From the NCBI GenBank assembly GCA_012295275.1, contig CM022667.1:3472001-3536000 (forward strand): DNA of 64,000 nucleotides. The letters run 5' to 3'. Positions 51,450 through 64,000 of the stretch are shown here, one piece after another. The position numbers were made by a program, and so were the translations under genes. Below the pieces are notes generated by a model, which was not told the origin of the DNA, ran no database searches, and was given only the letters and a program-made list of their open reading frames with translations. The stretch comes from Chrysomallon squamiferum. Lineage: Eukaryota > Animalia > Mollusca. Numbering within the stretch: position 1 is the first letter of the stretch; the number at the start of each line of letters is the position of its first letter.

Positions 51450-51640
51450 CCAGGTAATAAAAGAGTGACCAGTCATTACCTTCTCACCTATTGTTCACAC
51501 TGGAGGTCAAGGGTTGATGAAGCTTGTTTTTAATGTGCAGGTAACCTTACCTGTCTGTCTCATAATTAATAGTGTCACCTGTAAATACCTTCACAATTAC
51601 ACCGCTCAGGTACAAACACATTAACGTTTTTACCTGAATT
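51450..51640. promoter_or_regulatory. Cluster of six CAGGT(A/G) motifs
   Basis: + strand 51451, 51538, 51607; - strand 51548, 51576, 51631; inverted pair CAGGTAA-CC-TTACCTG at 51538-51553. Confidence 0.5.
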
Positions 51641-52589
51641 ACACGAATTCTCAAACATGGCAGATTTTTTTTTAAAAGTGTACAAACAACTCTGGTTCAT
51701 AGCTTTGTTAATTTCTTCTTCTTCTTCTTTTTCTTTTTTTATTCCTTTTCTTCTTTTTTTTAATGTTTTGGGGTGAATTAATGTCTTAACTATTAAGGGA
51801 CAAGGCAAAAAAAGAAAGTAAAGTTAGAATGAAAGAAAATGAAAAAGTGGTAAATGTTTTGTTTTTGTAATATAAAGATGTATTAAAGAAATGGAGATGG
51901 GAAAAAGAGAGAGAGGGAGAGAGAGAGAGAGAGAGAGGGGTAGAGGAAGAGAGAGAGGTAGAGGAAGAGAGAGAGAGAGAAAGAGAAAGAGTTGAAGAGA
52001 GAAAGAGAAGAGAGAGAGAGAGAGTGAGAGAGTGAGAGAGTGAAAAACAATTTAATTATAAATGATAAACAGTAAACTTGAGAATTAAAAAAAAAAAAAA
52101 ACAACAACAATAGAGAACATTCTTTTCTTTTCTCTAGTTATTATTTTTTATTTATTCATTTATATTAATTAGGTAATATTATCATGTTAAATTATCCTTT
52201 GTTTGTTTCAAAGGATCTAAAATGAAAATGGTTGTGCTGATAATTATTTTAAAAAAACAACAACACACAAACAGCTAATTGTATTTTGCAGTAATTTACA
52301 TGGAAACTTCTTTCTATTCTAAAACAGTAATTAAAATTACTCTCTAGCCTTCCATAACAGAGCTTCTTTTCATTCCTGAAAAATGAAACTAATCATTTTT
52401 CTTTAGCCATTCATAATAAAAATAAAATAAAGAAAATAACTTTCCATCCTTCAAAAAAGAAAAAGAAAAAAAAACAAAAAAAAAAACAAGACGAAAAAAT
52501 TCTTCTGTCACTATTCATAATTAAACAGTCATTCTAACTTTAAAAACATTTTTAGTTTTGAACCGTTTTATAATAAATACCATCTTTTC

Positions 52590-53370
52590 ATTCTGCGAGG
52601 TAGTTAGTTCCTCTGTAACCGCTCTTAATGGAATCGCTTTTTCCCCCCCTCTTAATAATATTTCTGAACCATCGCAGCGATAACTTCTTCTCCCCCACCT
52701 TTATCGAAACAAAAATTAAACAAAAAAAACCCAATTTAACCCGACGAAATTAACAAGGCCCGGTCGTTCGACATCACAAACAGTAATAAAACTTTTGCTA
52801 GTGAGATGGTCATTTTGATTTTCTCTGCAATTAGCCTCGCAAAATGTTTGTTAGTTCACAGCCCTGCTTCCACTTTTCAGCAGAGTCTTGACACAAGCGA
52901 GAATGATTGAGTGGAATCATTTCAAGAAATGGAATTGCTTTTGCCGAAACAATTTTGACGTTTTTCGTTTTTCTTGAAACCTTCAGCAGAGAGGGGGGAC
53001 CAAGAATGACCTACCCCTGGGTGCACTCCTCCCCCTCCTCCCTTGATTGGACCTGTTTTTGGTGGTGGTTGGGGGGGGAGATGCTCAGTTTTTCGTTCTT
53101 CCCCGAAGATGGTTGAAGAAAAATGTACGAGGAGAGAGAGAGAGAGAGAGAGAGAAATTCTGCGTAAATTACTGATGCATATCAAGAGGTTTAATAACAA
53201 ATTTGAAATGGGTTTCTTGCCCGATATGATGGGAATGTACACTGTTCTGGCATTTCAATTAGTTTTAGAATATCTCCCTCTTCGTCAGTTGCTCTCTGTA
53301 ATTTAATTGTATGTGACAACTCGCAAGGAAGGACAAAGGAGTCCGAAGTTTGGCTTTAAGCCACATTCAT
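52590..53370. promoter_or_regulatory. Long CpG-retaining regulatory island
   Basis: Higher complexity; GATTGG at ~53045; G- and C-tracts; inverted TTTCAAGAAA/TTTCTTGAAA. The ORFs are short and uninformative. Confidence 0.35.
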
Positions 53371-53579
53371 AATTTATAATTGTTCTTGATGGTTTTATTA
53401 ACAACTTTTAAAGGCTAATTTCAACTGAAAGAAAAAGAAGAAAATCTAAATAATTACTTGAAGTAAAGTGTACCGAGTAAATAATTTCAGATGTAGGAAG
53501 AACTAATATTGCCTTCCACTAAACTGCAGAACATTAATTTTATTTCATTTCCTTTTTTTTTTTTTTTAATTTTATTAAA

Positions 53580-53612
<33 letters not shown>

Positions 53613-54241
53613 CCCATCTGTTGGTTTGTGTTTTATTTAGCTGCTTTTATAAATTTTAAAAAATAAGTAAATAAATGAAAATTTATTTTAAAACAATTTT
53701 AATAAATTTCAACTTCTCTCTTATCTACAGTTTTTATGTTCTGATCCTTGTAGTTTCTTAAATACTTTTTCTTCTTCTTCTTCTTCTCAAAAACTTTATA
53801 AATTTAATCTGGCAATTCAAAAACTCCTGTGTTTTCTCACTTGCTTGTTAATGGTGCACAGAGTAAAATTTTTTTTTTTTTACGAGGGACCTAATGAGAA
53901 TGTGGTTTATTTGGATAGGATTGGAGTTTTATTTTTTTATTGTTTTTTACTTTTTTTAAAAAAGAAAGAAAGAAAGAAAAAAAAAAGGACTCTTACAGCA
54001 TTCAAACTAAGATAATAGCGAACTTTCATTAGTGATTCATATGTAAATACATGTTTGTTTTATTACAAAGCCTGACAAGCAGTGAAATAGAGAGACTGTT
54101 TGTTTTCACAACTCATAACATTTGGTGAGTTGAGAAATATAAAGACTGTTTGTTTGATTTCTTATCTCACATTTAGCCAAGCTTGAAAAACAAAATGTCC
54201 TAATTTTCTTCCTCCAGTCACAAAGTGCTAGACAGAAGAGC

Positions 54242-54630
54242 TGTTTTATTTAGTGAAGCACTCAGCATAGTTTTAATGTGTGGTTTGATTATGACCCTGT
54301 CATTTATTTACGTATTATAATCTATCTAGTTAAGGACCATTGAGGTAAAGAAAGTAAATCTGCCATTGCATTGTCATAAGCAGCAAGGAATCTTTTAGTT
54401 TTACTAAAAAGCAAAGTAGACATATGGTAAAGAACATGTGGATTTTAAGGCAAGAAATATGATTCCACTTGAAGAGCTGTGCATTGAGGAATGTTTTAAT
54501 AAGTAGATTTCTCTACATGTAAATAGAGAATAGATAGATTCTGGAAACATGAACTTGCTGCACTGTTAGCTTAGTCTTTTGAAAAAGCCCAGCAAAGGAG
54601 TCTTTTGTTCTCTGCTTTCCCATAAACAGT
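54242..54630 (-). mobile_element. Degraded SINE fragments (same family as 45563-45905), opposite orientation, possibly two tandem pieces
   Basis: TGTTTTATTTAGTGAAGCACTCA (54242), GTTAAGGACCA (54329), AGCAGCAAGGAATCTTTTA (54379), AGACATATGGTAAAG (54418), CAGCAAAGGAGTCTTTT..TTCCCATAAACAG (54590). Confidence 0.55.
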
Positions 54631-55489
54631 GAAATACTTGAATGTTTTTTTTTAGTTTTTTTTTAAGAGTAGACAGAATAGGAAAGAAGTAACTTGCTTC
54701 TTCCTTGTGATGTGTCTTTTATATGTGTTTGTGTGTGTGTCTGTTTGTGTGTCTGTGTTTTTGTGAGTTTGTGGTTTGTCTGTGTGTGTGTGTGTGTGCC
54801 TGTGTGTGTGCGTGTGTGTGCCTGTGTGTGTGTGGAGAGAGAATGAGAGAAAAAGAAAGTAAGAATGTAAGAGAGAGAAAGAAAGACAAAGCAGACAGGA
54901 AAGCATCTACATGATGTTTGATAAACTGTTTGTGGTACACTGGTTGGAACTGGAAATGTGTGAAAACAGACCGATGAGTGGTTTTTGTTTTTACAACTTT
55001 CTACAAAACGTCCTGTCAGGATGGGAAGTCTGGATTGATATCCTGTCATGATTTTTGATGGTTGAGGCTTGTATAAACACAAAGAAAGAAATAATTTATT
55101 TGTGCTCGCACAGACCAACTTTCTTGAATTAGCAAAACACTTTGACCTTTTACATTCCTCAAACAACACAAAAAAGAAAAAAAGAATTAAATCATATTTA
55201 TTCCTATTCAGAAACTATAATATGTGTATACGAGTTATTTCAAATCGTCAGACTTTTATGTAGAAAAATTGTATTTATGAGTTATTCTCCTACCATCATT
55301 ATTTGATTCCATTTCTTATTCTGCAATTGTCTTATTTTCTTTATCTTTTTCTTTTCTTTTCTTTTCATTTTTTTTTTTTTTTATCTCCAACATCAGATGA
55401 TAGAGAAAAGAAGCTTGTATTTTTGGAAATGTTAATTAATACTGTCTGCAAATATGAGACCTGTTACATCTGCTGCTTTGACTTTTTAT

Positions 55490-55930
55490 CTCGGCGGGGT
55501 GGGGTGGGGTGGGGGCAGAGAGAGATTTCTCATTGGCCGATCCGTGGAGGTGGATGTGCCGAAAAAAGATCCCAGCTACTACAGCTGTATATGTCAAAAT
55601 TCTTTATTTCTGATGTAAACGCCGAACAATCGGACTGGGGCAGGAATTAGTAAGATCATGGCTATATAAAACTCGCAGCACATGTTCCGGTAATTAAGAG
55701 GCTCTGTGTCTGTGTGTACCGCTGGAACTGGTGTTTTTATTGGCACCCGCCCACAAATATTTACCAGTGGAGATCTTCCTCCCCCATTGATGTGTTTACT
55801 GATTGGGGATCAGATCTCGCAGGCCTGCCTGCCTGTCAGTGTCTGTATCACTAAGGGTGTTTGCTGCTCCCCTTTCTATCACAACTTGGCCCTGGGAGCG
55901 GCCATTTTGGTTTCTGAAAAGTGGTAACTG
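55490..55930 (+). promoter_or_regulatory. Promoter-like island: G4/GT-box, CCAAT x3, TATA, ETS, GC-box, YY1
   Basis: (GGGGT)3GGGGG at 55496-55515; ATTGG at 55532, 55739, 55802; TATATAAAA at 55663-55671; TTCCGG at 55685; CCCGCCC at 55746; GCGGCCATTTTG at 55898-55909. Confidence 0.5.
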
Positions 55931-56739
55931 AATGAAAAATATAAATATATATATATATATTTTTTTTTTTTCTCATCTTTTATTATTTTTTTTTTTTTTT
56001 GAATAAATAGAAAAAAAAAAAAAAATTTTTGGGTTTGTTCTGAATGTAATGTAAATAAATGGTTGTGGAAGCGGCCATTTTTGTTTTTTGTGGAAAAATG
56101 TAACTGAAAGAAAAATCTGTTTTACTGTTCTTTTAAAAAAAAATTAAAAAATAATAAATAAAAATAAATCAGGTTGATTTGATGTAAAATGTAAATAAAT
56201 GATTTAAGTTTATGATTAAGGTTTTTTTAGAAATGGTAAATGAAAGGAAAACTTTGGGGGGTTTTTAACTATTTTTTTATTTTTTTCTCTTATTTTTGCT
56301 TTTTAAACAACAGCCCAGACTTTTTCTGAGATAGAAATAAGGAGATGTAATCTTGTATGCAAACAAGAACTGAAAAGTTTTTATTATTTATTTATTTTTA
56401 TTTATTTTTATTTTATTTTTTTTATTATTATTGGAATAGCTGAAGGAAATGCACATTTCTCTCTTTGCTGACAAAAAATAAAAAAAAAAAATAAATAAAT
56501 AACAGTAATAGTAATTTAATTTATTCAAGTTTTATTCTAAATAAATAAATATCATGTTGAAATTCATATTCTTAATTGAACTAAAGAAATTAGATTCAGT
56601 AAGAAAAAAGGAGTAACCCATGCAAAGTTTCACTAAGTCGTTTTTAATTATAATGTCTGACGTCATATAACAATAAATAAAAAGTACTAAGTGAGTCTGT
56701 ATCACTACTCTGTTACTAATACAATCTCTAATAGTACCA

Positions 56740-57330
56740 CTGTCCACTGCTACTGTTTCTGCATCATTACTATCACTGCTACTATTACTATTCTGCTACT
56801 ACTGCTATTACAACTACTAGTGCTATCACTAGGCTACTAACTGATAATAAAATAATATTCTTATCGTACAATAAAAATATTTTCTGTTTCATATTGGAAT
56901 TTATTATACAAATAATTACTATTACAACTACCTCTACTACTGCTGCTGCTACTACTACTACTACTACTGTGATTATTTCTGCTAATATTACTACTACTAC
57001 TGATAATGATAATAAAAATTAATAATGTCGACGCTATCAAATACAAATTTTTATTTCTGGTATTTCCACTACTATTGCTGCTACTACTACTTCTACTACT
57101 ACAACTACTACTAGAGCTACTACTGTTACTATACCTACCACTACCACTAATACTGCTACTACTACTATTTCTATTTCTACCACTACTACAACTACTACTA
57201 CAGCTACTACTGTTACTGTAACTACCACTACCACTACTACTGCTGCTACTAGTACTTCTACTTCTACCACTACAACTACTACTACAGCTACTACTGTTAC
57301 TGTAACTACAACTCCAACTACTACTGATAA
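56740..57330. repeat. (CTA)n/(CTG)n trinucleotide tract with an ~87-bp higher-order repeat
   Basis: CTACAACTACTACTA(C/G)AGCTACTACTGTTACT recurs three times between ~57095 and ~57305; explains the Ser-rich ORF 56861..57361. Confidence 0.9.
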
Positions 57331-57358
57331 CAAAGTAATAATGATAAATGTTCCAAAA

Positions 57359-57396
<38 letters not shown>

Positions 57397-57539
57397 GCTT
57401 AATTTATTTGTCACACTCTCAAATTAACAATTTTTTGAAAAGGAAGTCATGTTCACAAATACCTCTGACATCCAGTATTAAATTAAGATCGTGCATTTTT
57501 TAATTACATTACCACTCTAAGCGAGATACTTTCAGTGAC

Positions 57540-57575
<36 letters not shown>

Positions 57576-58084
57576 ATTTAGTTAAATGAAGATTAATAAT
57601 GTTTGTTAAAAACAAAGCTAATTAAGCCAGAGTGGGTTTCGTGTGTCTGAATATTTGTAACACACTAATCGTGCACACTAATTAGTTTAATTAAATCTGG
57701 TCGGAACAAGAACAAAAGATATTTCCTGTGTGTGAGTGACTTTTGTAAACAGAGATATTAACAAGCTAATTAAACTTGCTAATTGAGAAATGACTAAAAA
57801 AAAAAAAAAAAAAATGGCTGATAATTTACTGAAGCACGTTCGCATTAATTAATTTCTTCCTATTTTTTTTTTTTTTTTATTTTATTTCTTTTTTAAAATT
57901 ATAATTGTTGTTTTCTTGATTTAATCTTTCTGTTTATATATATATATGTATGTATGTATGTATGTATTTTTTTTATTTTTTTTAAATATTTTTTGCATAT
58001 TATTTTTTCTTTATTGTTACTGTTAATTCTTACCAGACATCTGTTTTGTACTATGTAAACTAATTATGCTTGTATCTCCACCAA

Positions 58085-58152
58085 CTAACGCAGTCACATG
58101 CTTGCCTGAAGACCTAAGGGCTTCAGGATCAACTCTCTGTGGCTACCCACAA
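58085..58152 (+). mobile_element. Possible 5' (tRNA-like) fragment of the same SINE
   Basis: TGCTTGCCTGA...AGGATCAACTC...GTGGCTACCCA resembles the recalled SINE head; short and diverged. Confidence 0.3.
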
Positions 58153-59299
58153 ACTGACATAAGATCCTGACAAAAATATGAATTATGTTTGGTCTCTTTT
58201 ATCTCATTCTTTTCTTTATTTTATTTTCGTTAATTTTTTTAACATTCATTTTTCTTTTTTCTTTATTTCTCTTTTTTTTGTTCAATTTCTTTTTAAAAAT
58301 CTCTTTCACTCTTCTTTTCTTTCCATCTTTCTTTTTTTTTTAAATTCTTTCCGTGTCTCACTTAGAGTAAACTGAACTATTAATATTCTATAACACGCTG
58401 GTATTACTGCTTTCTTACCTGACAAATCTATAATTATAAATTCAGAAAAACAAAAAAAAAAGACATCCTATTCTACTAAAGATCTGTTGACACTATAACT
58501 TCCCTACTTACCAGTCTACAATTATAAATTTACAAAGCACAAACTGTCCTCCTATTGATTGGGTTATCAATTTTTTTTTGCAAATTTCACATAATCGACT
58601 CCACAAAACATTCTCATTACAATTACATACACTAATTACTTAATTAAATAGTGCACAGGCTGATAACTGGGTTAATACTGACTTTAATTATAGTTTCTAA
58701 TTACTTGATTTTAATGCTGTACTCACTAATTACTCAGTTTATAGCATGTTGTTTAGTCGTTACAGAGACAGAAGCAAAAAAAAAAAACACTAAAATTTAT
58801 TGACTTATCATTAAGAGTACAGTGCTTACAAACATACATGTGTATGTACAACATAAAGAGACATACTTACACACATCTGTATGTGTGTGTGTCTGAGTAT
58901 GTACACATGTAAGTATGTGTGTGTACATACAATACATCTGTGTGTGTGTGTGTGTGTGTGTGTGAGTGTGTAGATATCTTGCAAATCGTTTTTTTCTGTT
59001 ATTTTGAGCAAGCACTAAAGATTTTCTTTTGAACTATTGTTATTTTAATCTGAGCTGAAAGAGCCAGACATGTCTTTCTTTTTCTCATTAAAAAGTAAAA
59101 AGTAAAAATAAAATGTTATAACATAAATTACCTGTTAAAGTGTCACGTGATATCATTTATGTGAAAAAATGAATAATAAAAGAACAGACGTCTGAGAGAA
59201 TGTAAACAATGACATCCTCCATAAAGACCACCCTGACAGTAAGACCATTGTCTTATAAAGACCATACCATTAAGTCCAAACCAGTACCAAGATCAGTGA

Positions 59300-60690
59300 A
59301 CCACTTAGAGTATAGAGACCACTGTAGTATAGAGACCAATTCAATACTAGAACCACTGTAGTATAGAGATCATTCCAATACTAGAACCACTGTAAAATAG
59401 AGACCAATTCAGTACTACAACCACTGTAGTATAGACACCAATTCAGTACTACAACCACTGTAGTATAGAGACCAGTTCAATACTAGAACCAGTGTAGTGC
59501 AGAGACCATTCCAATACTAGAACCACTGTAGTATAGAGACCAGTTCAATACTAGAACCACTGTAGTACAGAGACCAGTTCAATACTAGAACCACTGCAGT
59601 ATAGAGACCAGTTCAATACTAGAACCACTGTAGTATAGAGACCAGTCCAATACTAGAACCACTGTAGTATAGAGACCAGTTCAATACTAGAACCACTGTA
59701 GTATAGAGACCAGTTCAATACTAGAACCACTGTAGTATAGACCAGTTCAATACTAGAACCAGTTCCAGTTCAATACTAGAACCACTGTAGTATAGACACC
59801 AGTTCAATACTAGAACCACTGAACCAGTTCAATACTAGAACCAGTGTGGTGCAGAGACCATTCCAATACTAGAACCACTGTAGTACAGAGACCAGTTCAA
59901 TACTAGAACCACTGCAGTATAGAGACCAGTTCAATACTAGAACCACTGTAGTATAGAGACCAGTCCAATACTAGAACCAGTGTAGTATAGACCAGTTCAA
60001 TACTAGAACCAGTGTAGTATAGAGACCAGTTCAATACAAGAACCACTGTAGTATAGTGACCAGTTCAATACTAGAACCACTGCAGTATAGAGACCAGTTC
60101 AATACTAGAACCACTGTGGTATATTCCAATACTAGAACCACTGTTCAGAGACCAGTTCAATACTAGAACCACTGTAGTATAGAGACCAGTTCAATACTAG
60201 AACCAGTGTTCAATACTAGAACCACTGTATATAGACCAGTTCAATACTAGAACCACTGTAGTATAGAGACCAGTCCAATACTAGAACCAGTGTAGTATAG
60301 ACCAGTTCAATACTAGAACCAGTGTAGTATAGAGACCAGTTCAATACAAGAACCACTGTAGTATAGTGACCAGTTCAATACTAGAACCACTGCAGTATAG
60401 AGACCAGTTCAATACTAGAACCAGTGTGGTGCAGAGACCATTCCAATACTAGAACCACTGTAGTACAGAGACCAGTTCAATACTAGAACCACTGTAGTAC
60501 AGAGACCAGTTCAATACTAGAAACACTGTAGTATAGAGACCAGTTCAATACTAGAACCACTGTAGTATAGACCAGTTCAATACTAGAACCACTGTAGTAT
60601 AGAGACCAGTTCAATACTAGAACCACTGTAGTATAGACCAATTCAATACAAGAACCAGTGTAGTATAGAGACCAATTCAATACAAGAATG
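59300..60690. repeat. 34-bp minisatellite (GTAGTATAGAGACCAGTTCAATACTAGAACCACT), ~40 copies, with higher-order blocks
   Basis: Period 34 (AACCACT at 59521 and 59555); variant strings recur at 59961/60271 and at ~59488/59840/60420. Confidence 0.97.
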
Positions 60691-61152
60691 AATGTAGAAA
60701 AGAATTAAGACCCACAATGTGTGTTTTCACATAGTTACAATAACAGTTTATTATGCAAGTGATATTTGATGAAATCTGCTAATGTGCCATAGTTAGAACA
60801 GAAATAAATAGTATATAAAATATTGCACTTAAAATAATATGCCCAAAAGAGCAAAGGAGGCTTCATAACAAAACCCCAAAACAACTGTACTAAGTCTGAA
60901 GAGATGACAGATCTTTGTTTAATTGTCTTTGTCCTGCCTATAGTAAAACACTGACAACATGTACCTTTAATTTGCTTTTATGCCTGTAAAATTACCTTGT
61001 TAATATCTGTTTACAAAAAGTCTCTTTAGAAAGTAAATCCACCATTTGTAAAGTCTAGTATTCAATGTTAGGTTATGAACAAAGATATCATTTTAATGGC
61101 CTTTCTCTGCCATTAATATCTTTGATAATGTTGAGGAATATAAACAAATACA

Positions 61153-61215
<63 letters not shown>

Positions 61216-61222
61216 GTGTGTG
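61153..61222. repeat. (GT)n microsatellite
   Basis: Direct reading. Confidence 0.95.
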
Positions 61223-61964
61223 TTTTGTATATTAAACTGTTTTTTGTTACAGCTGTCATGAAGAAAAGTATTATTTCACGTGGAGAATTTTCATTTCTTT
61301 TAGATTTAAACAGAATTGATGTTCTGTGTGGATGATCTGTTTACTCAGTGTGTTTTTTCTCTTATCTGAGTAACGACAGGTGGATTGAGTCATGTACCCA
61401 CACAGGAGCAGACCCAGCCTGCTGCTAAAGGAAGGGGTGACTGTTTGTCTCGTAAGACAAACACACAAATTAATACAGAGTCGATGGTTGGAGGGTCAAC
61501 TGGAAATATTAAACTGTGATTGTGTGTGTGTGTGCATGTGTGTGTGTGCATGTTTTGTATGTTCATTTGCACGTGTTGGTCTTCAGGAATGTATGTTTTT
61601 GTATGTATGTGTGTAAGTGTGTGTGTGTGTCTCTGTCTGTCTGATTACAAGGTGTAGGTCTGTGAGTGCGTCGTCTGTGTATCCGATTCTGAAACATTTT
61701 CTTTTCCACTGAATCTTAAAAATTACCACAAACGTTTAATTTTTATAAACATCTCCGAGAAGGCAAATCTGCAAGTCTGTTTTTAAAAAAATTAGTTCAC
61801 AGAGCTACACTTCTCAGTCAAATAAACAATTATTTTACACATTTTCTGAAACAAATTCTAAGACCCACATCATTATCCCATAAACCCCCCTCTCCTTCCT
61901 TCCTCCCTCCTTTTCCTCACTTTATCACAAACTTAAGTTATTCTTGTTACTTTTTTTTTTTTTT

Positions 61965-62001
<37 letters not shown>

Positions 62002-62270
62002 ATGTAATTAAACTGTAATGGTCTTAACATTTACTGCAATGCGATATTAAGCTAGAAACAATTTCTGCTGCATTGACATCTGCCGAGGGTGTAGAAAAAC
62101 AGAAGCTGCAGAGAAGGTTGAAACAACATCTGCTCCACTCAAAGATAAACATCTTTAGCCGAGAGATCTTCTAATACCAAATATATATCTCCAGAACTGA
62201 CCTTTCTGCTAATTCCACAGGGGACTATAATGATATTTGGGCAGACAAATTCTTCATCAAGCGGTTTCAT

Positions 62271-62317
<47 letters not shown>

Positions 62318-62749
62318 CTTTTTGCCTTCTCTGATGATAAGAATGCTAAGCATTCATCGGTAATCAGCTGGGGTGTAAGTTTAATCCATCAAGTCGAGGA
62401 TTCATAACTTTCGCAGTTATATTGCTCGTTCTCGCTGGAAAATCATATAGCTGTGTGCGATCATTATCTCAACACATTTCTTTAATTAACTCACTAAACT
62501 CTCTCTCTCTCTGTCAGTCTACTACACCATTCTCTCTTTATCTGTCCATCTACACTGTTGTCTTTCTTTGTGGGCCTGACTGTCTGTCTGTCTGTCTATA
62601 GTTATATTATGTCTGTCTGTCTGTCCATCTATAGTTAGACTTTATTGTTTCAGATATTACAATAGAATTTAAAAATATATTCCACCCCTTCTCTCTCTCT
62701 CTCTGTCTCAGTCTTTTTTCTATTCTGTCTACCTTTCTCTTTATCTTTT

Positions 62750-63015
<266 letters not shown>

Positions 63016-63253
63016 TACCACTGTATCTGAGTTTCTTTGTAACTGATGGTGTTACGTGTAACCAGATATTATTATTAGACAGAAAGAAAAATAAGAAGAC
63101 AGGGAGAGAAAAAAAAAAAATAATAATTTAAAATAAAAAGATTTTAAGTTTCAAACAGATTATATACAATTTAACTGCCACGGTTTAAATTCAAAGTGAA
63201 ATGCTGAAGATGCAAATTTGTGCAGTGTATTGAAAACTGGAAATTAAAAGAAA

Positions 63254-63288
<35 letters not shown>

Positions 63289-63679
63289 TTAACACTCATT
63301 TTTAAAAAAAAACAAAAAATTTAAGATTTTATATCGTGCCTCCTTCTCTCTTTTTTAAATCGAGCACCAAACGATATAAATATTCTTACAAAGTGATTTT
63401 GGAAACTGGATATTTCAATGTACAAGAAAAGAAAGCCATAAAAAAAAAAAAGAGAGAGAGAAAGAAAGAAAGGGAAAAAAATAAGAGCAACTTTTAAGTA
63501 GAGAAAGAAAAATGTTAATGAAATTACAGAACATAAAAATGTGGTAAAAAACTTAATTTGAGAGTTTGGCCTACCACAGAGCTGATATGACATACATGTT
63601 TTATGATTTATGTTCACTGTGTGTGTTGCAGGAACATTCTGTGTGCAAGCATCGCCTACTTCGCTGTGCATCCATCAGC

Positions 63680-64000
63680 ACCTTCAGTCACTTTTCTTCC
63701 ATCACCTTCTTCTCTTTTCTCTTCACTTTTCTCTTCACTTTTATCTTCACTTTTATTTCGTAGTCATCTTTTCTTCCATTATCTGCTCTTCACTTTTTGC
63801 TCCATTGTGATGTTTTCTTCTCTTTGTAATCTTTTTCTTTTTCTTCCATTAGCTTCTTTTTTCTTCTGCTCTTCGTTTCTCTCTTCCATCAGATGCTTCA
63901 CTTTTCTTCCATTTTCATTTTTCTTCTGTATTCTTCCGTCGTGACTTTTCTTGTCTTCCGTTATATTCTTCCTTTTTTTCTTCCATCTTCTGCAGTCCTT
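63680..64000. repeat. Pyrimidine-rich degenerate repeat (TTCACTTTTCTC-like ~12-mer)
   Basis: Direct reading; runs to the window end. Confidence 0.75.

Noticed and set aside
56861-57414. Ser-rich 166-aa and Val-rich 125-aa ORFs
   Set aside because: Translation of (CTA)n trinucleotide repeats.

Overview
Eukaryotic (animal) genomic DNA, very AT-rich and saturated with homopolymer runs, microsatellites and locally amplified minisatellites. A degraded tRNA-headed SINE, which I recognise from memory as a gastropod-mollusc family, suggests a mollusc host. No complete gene, rRNA, tRNA, CRISPR array or transposase/RT ORF is supported; most supplied ORFs are microsatellite or low-complexity artefacts and none resembles a protein I recognise. 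The window reads as a large intron or gene desert. About 30 short, higher-complexity, CpG-retaining islands rich in TF-type motifs (homeodomain TAAT, TALE TGACAG, CAGGT[A/G], X-box, octamer, CArG, YY1) alternate with simple repeats. A few short + strand candidate exons (12.3-26.1 kb) can be joined in frame, and there is a promoter-like island at about 55.5-55.9 kb. The most notable structures are: a fold-back minisatellite centred on a perfect 24-bp palindrome (7.75-8.1 kb); a 22-copy ~82-bp array with a variable (TA)n inside each unit; higher-order repeats in two minisatellites; a six-site CAGGT[A/G] cluster; possible recursive-splice-like AG|GT sites; and several hairpins. I cannot claim a new biological system from sequence alone; these are leads with stated tests.
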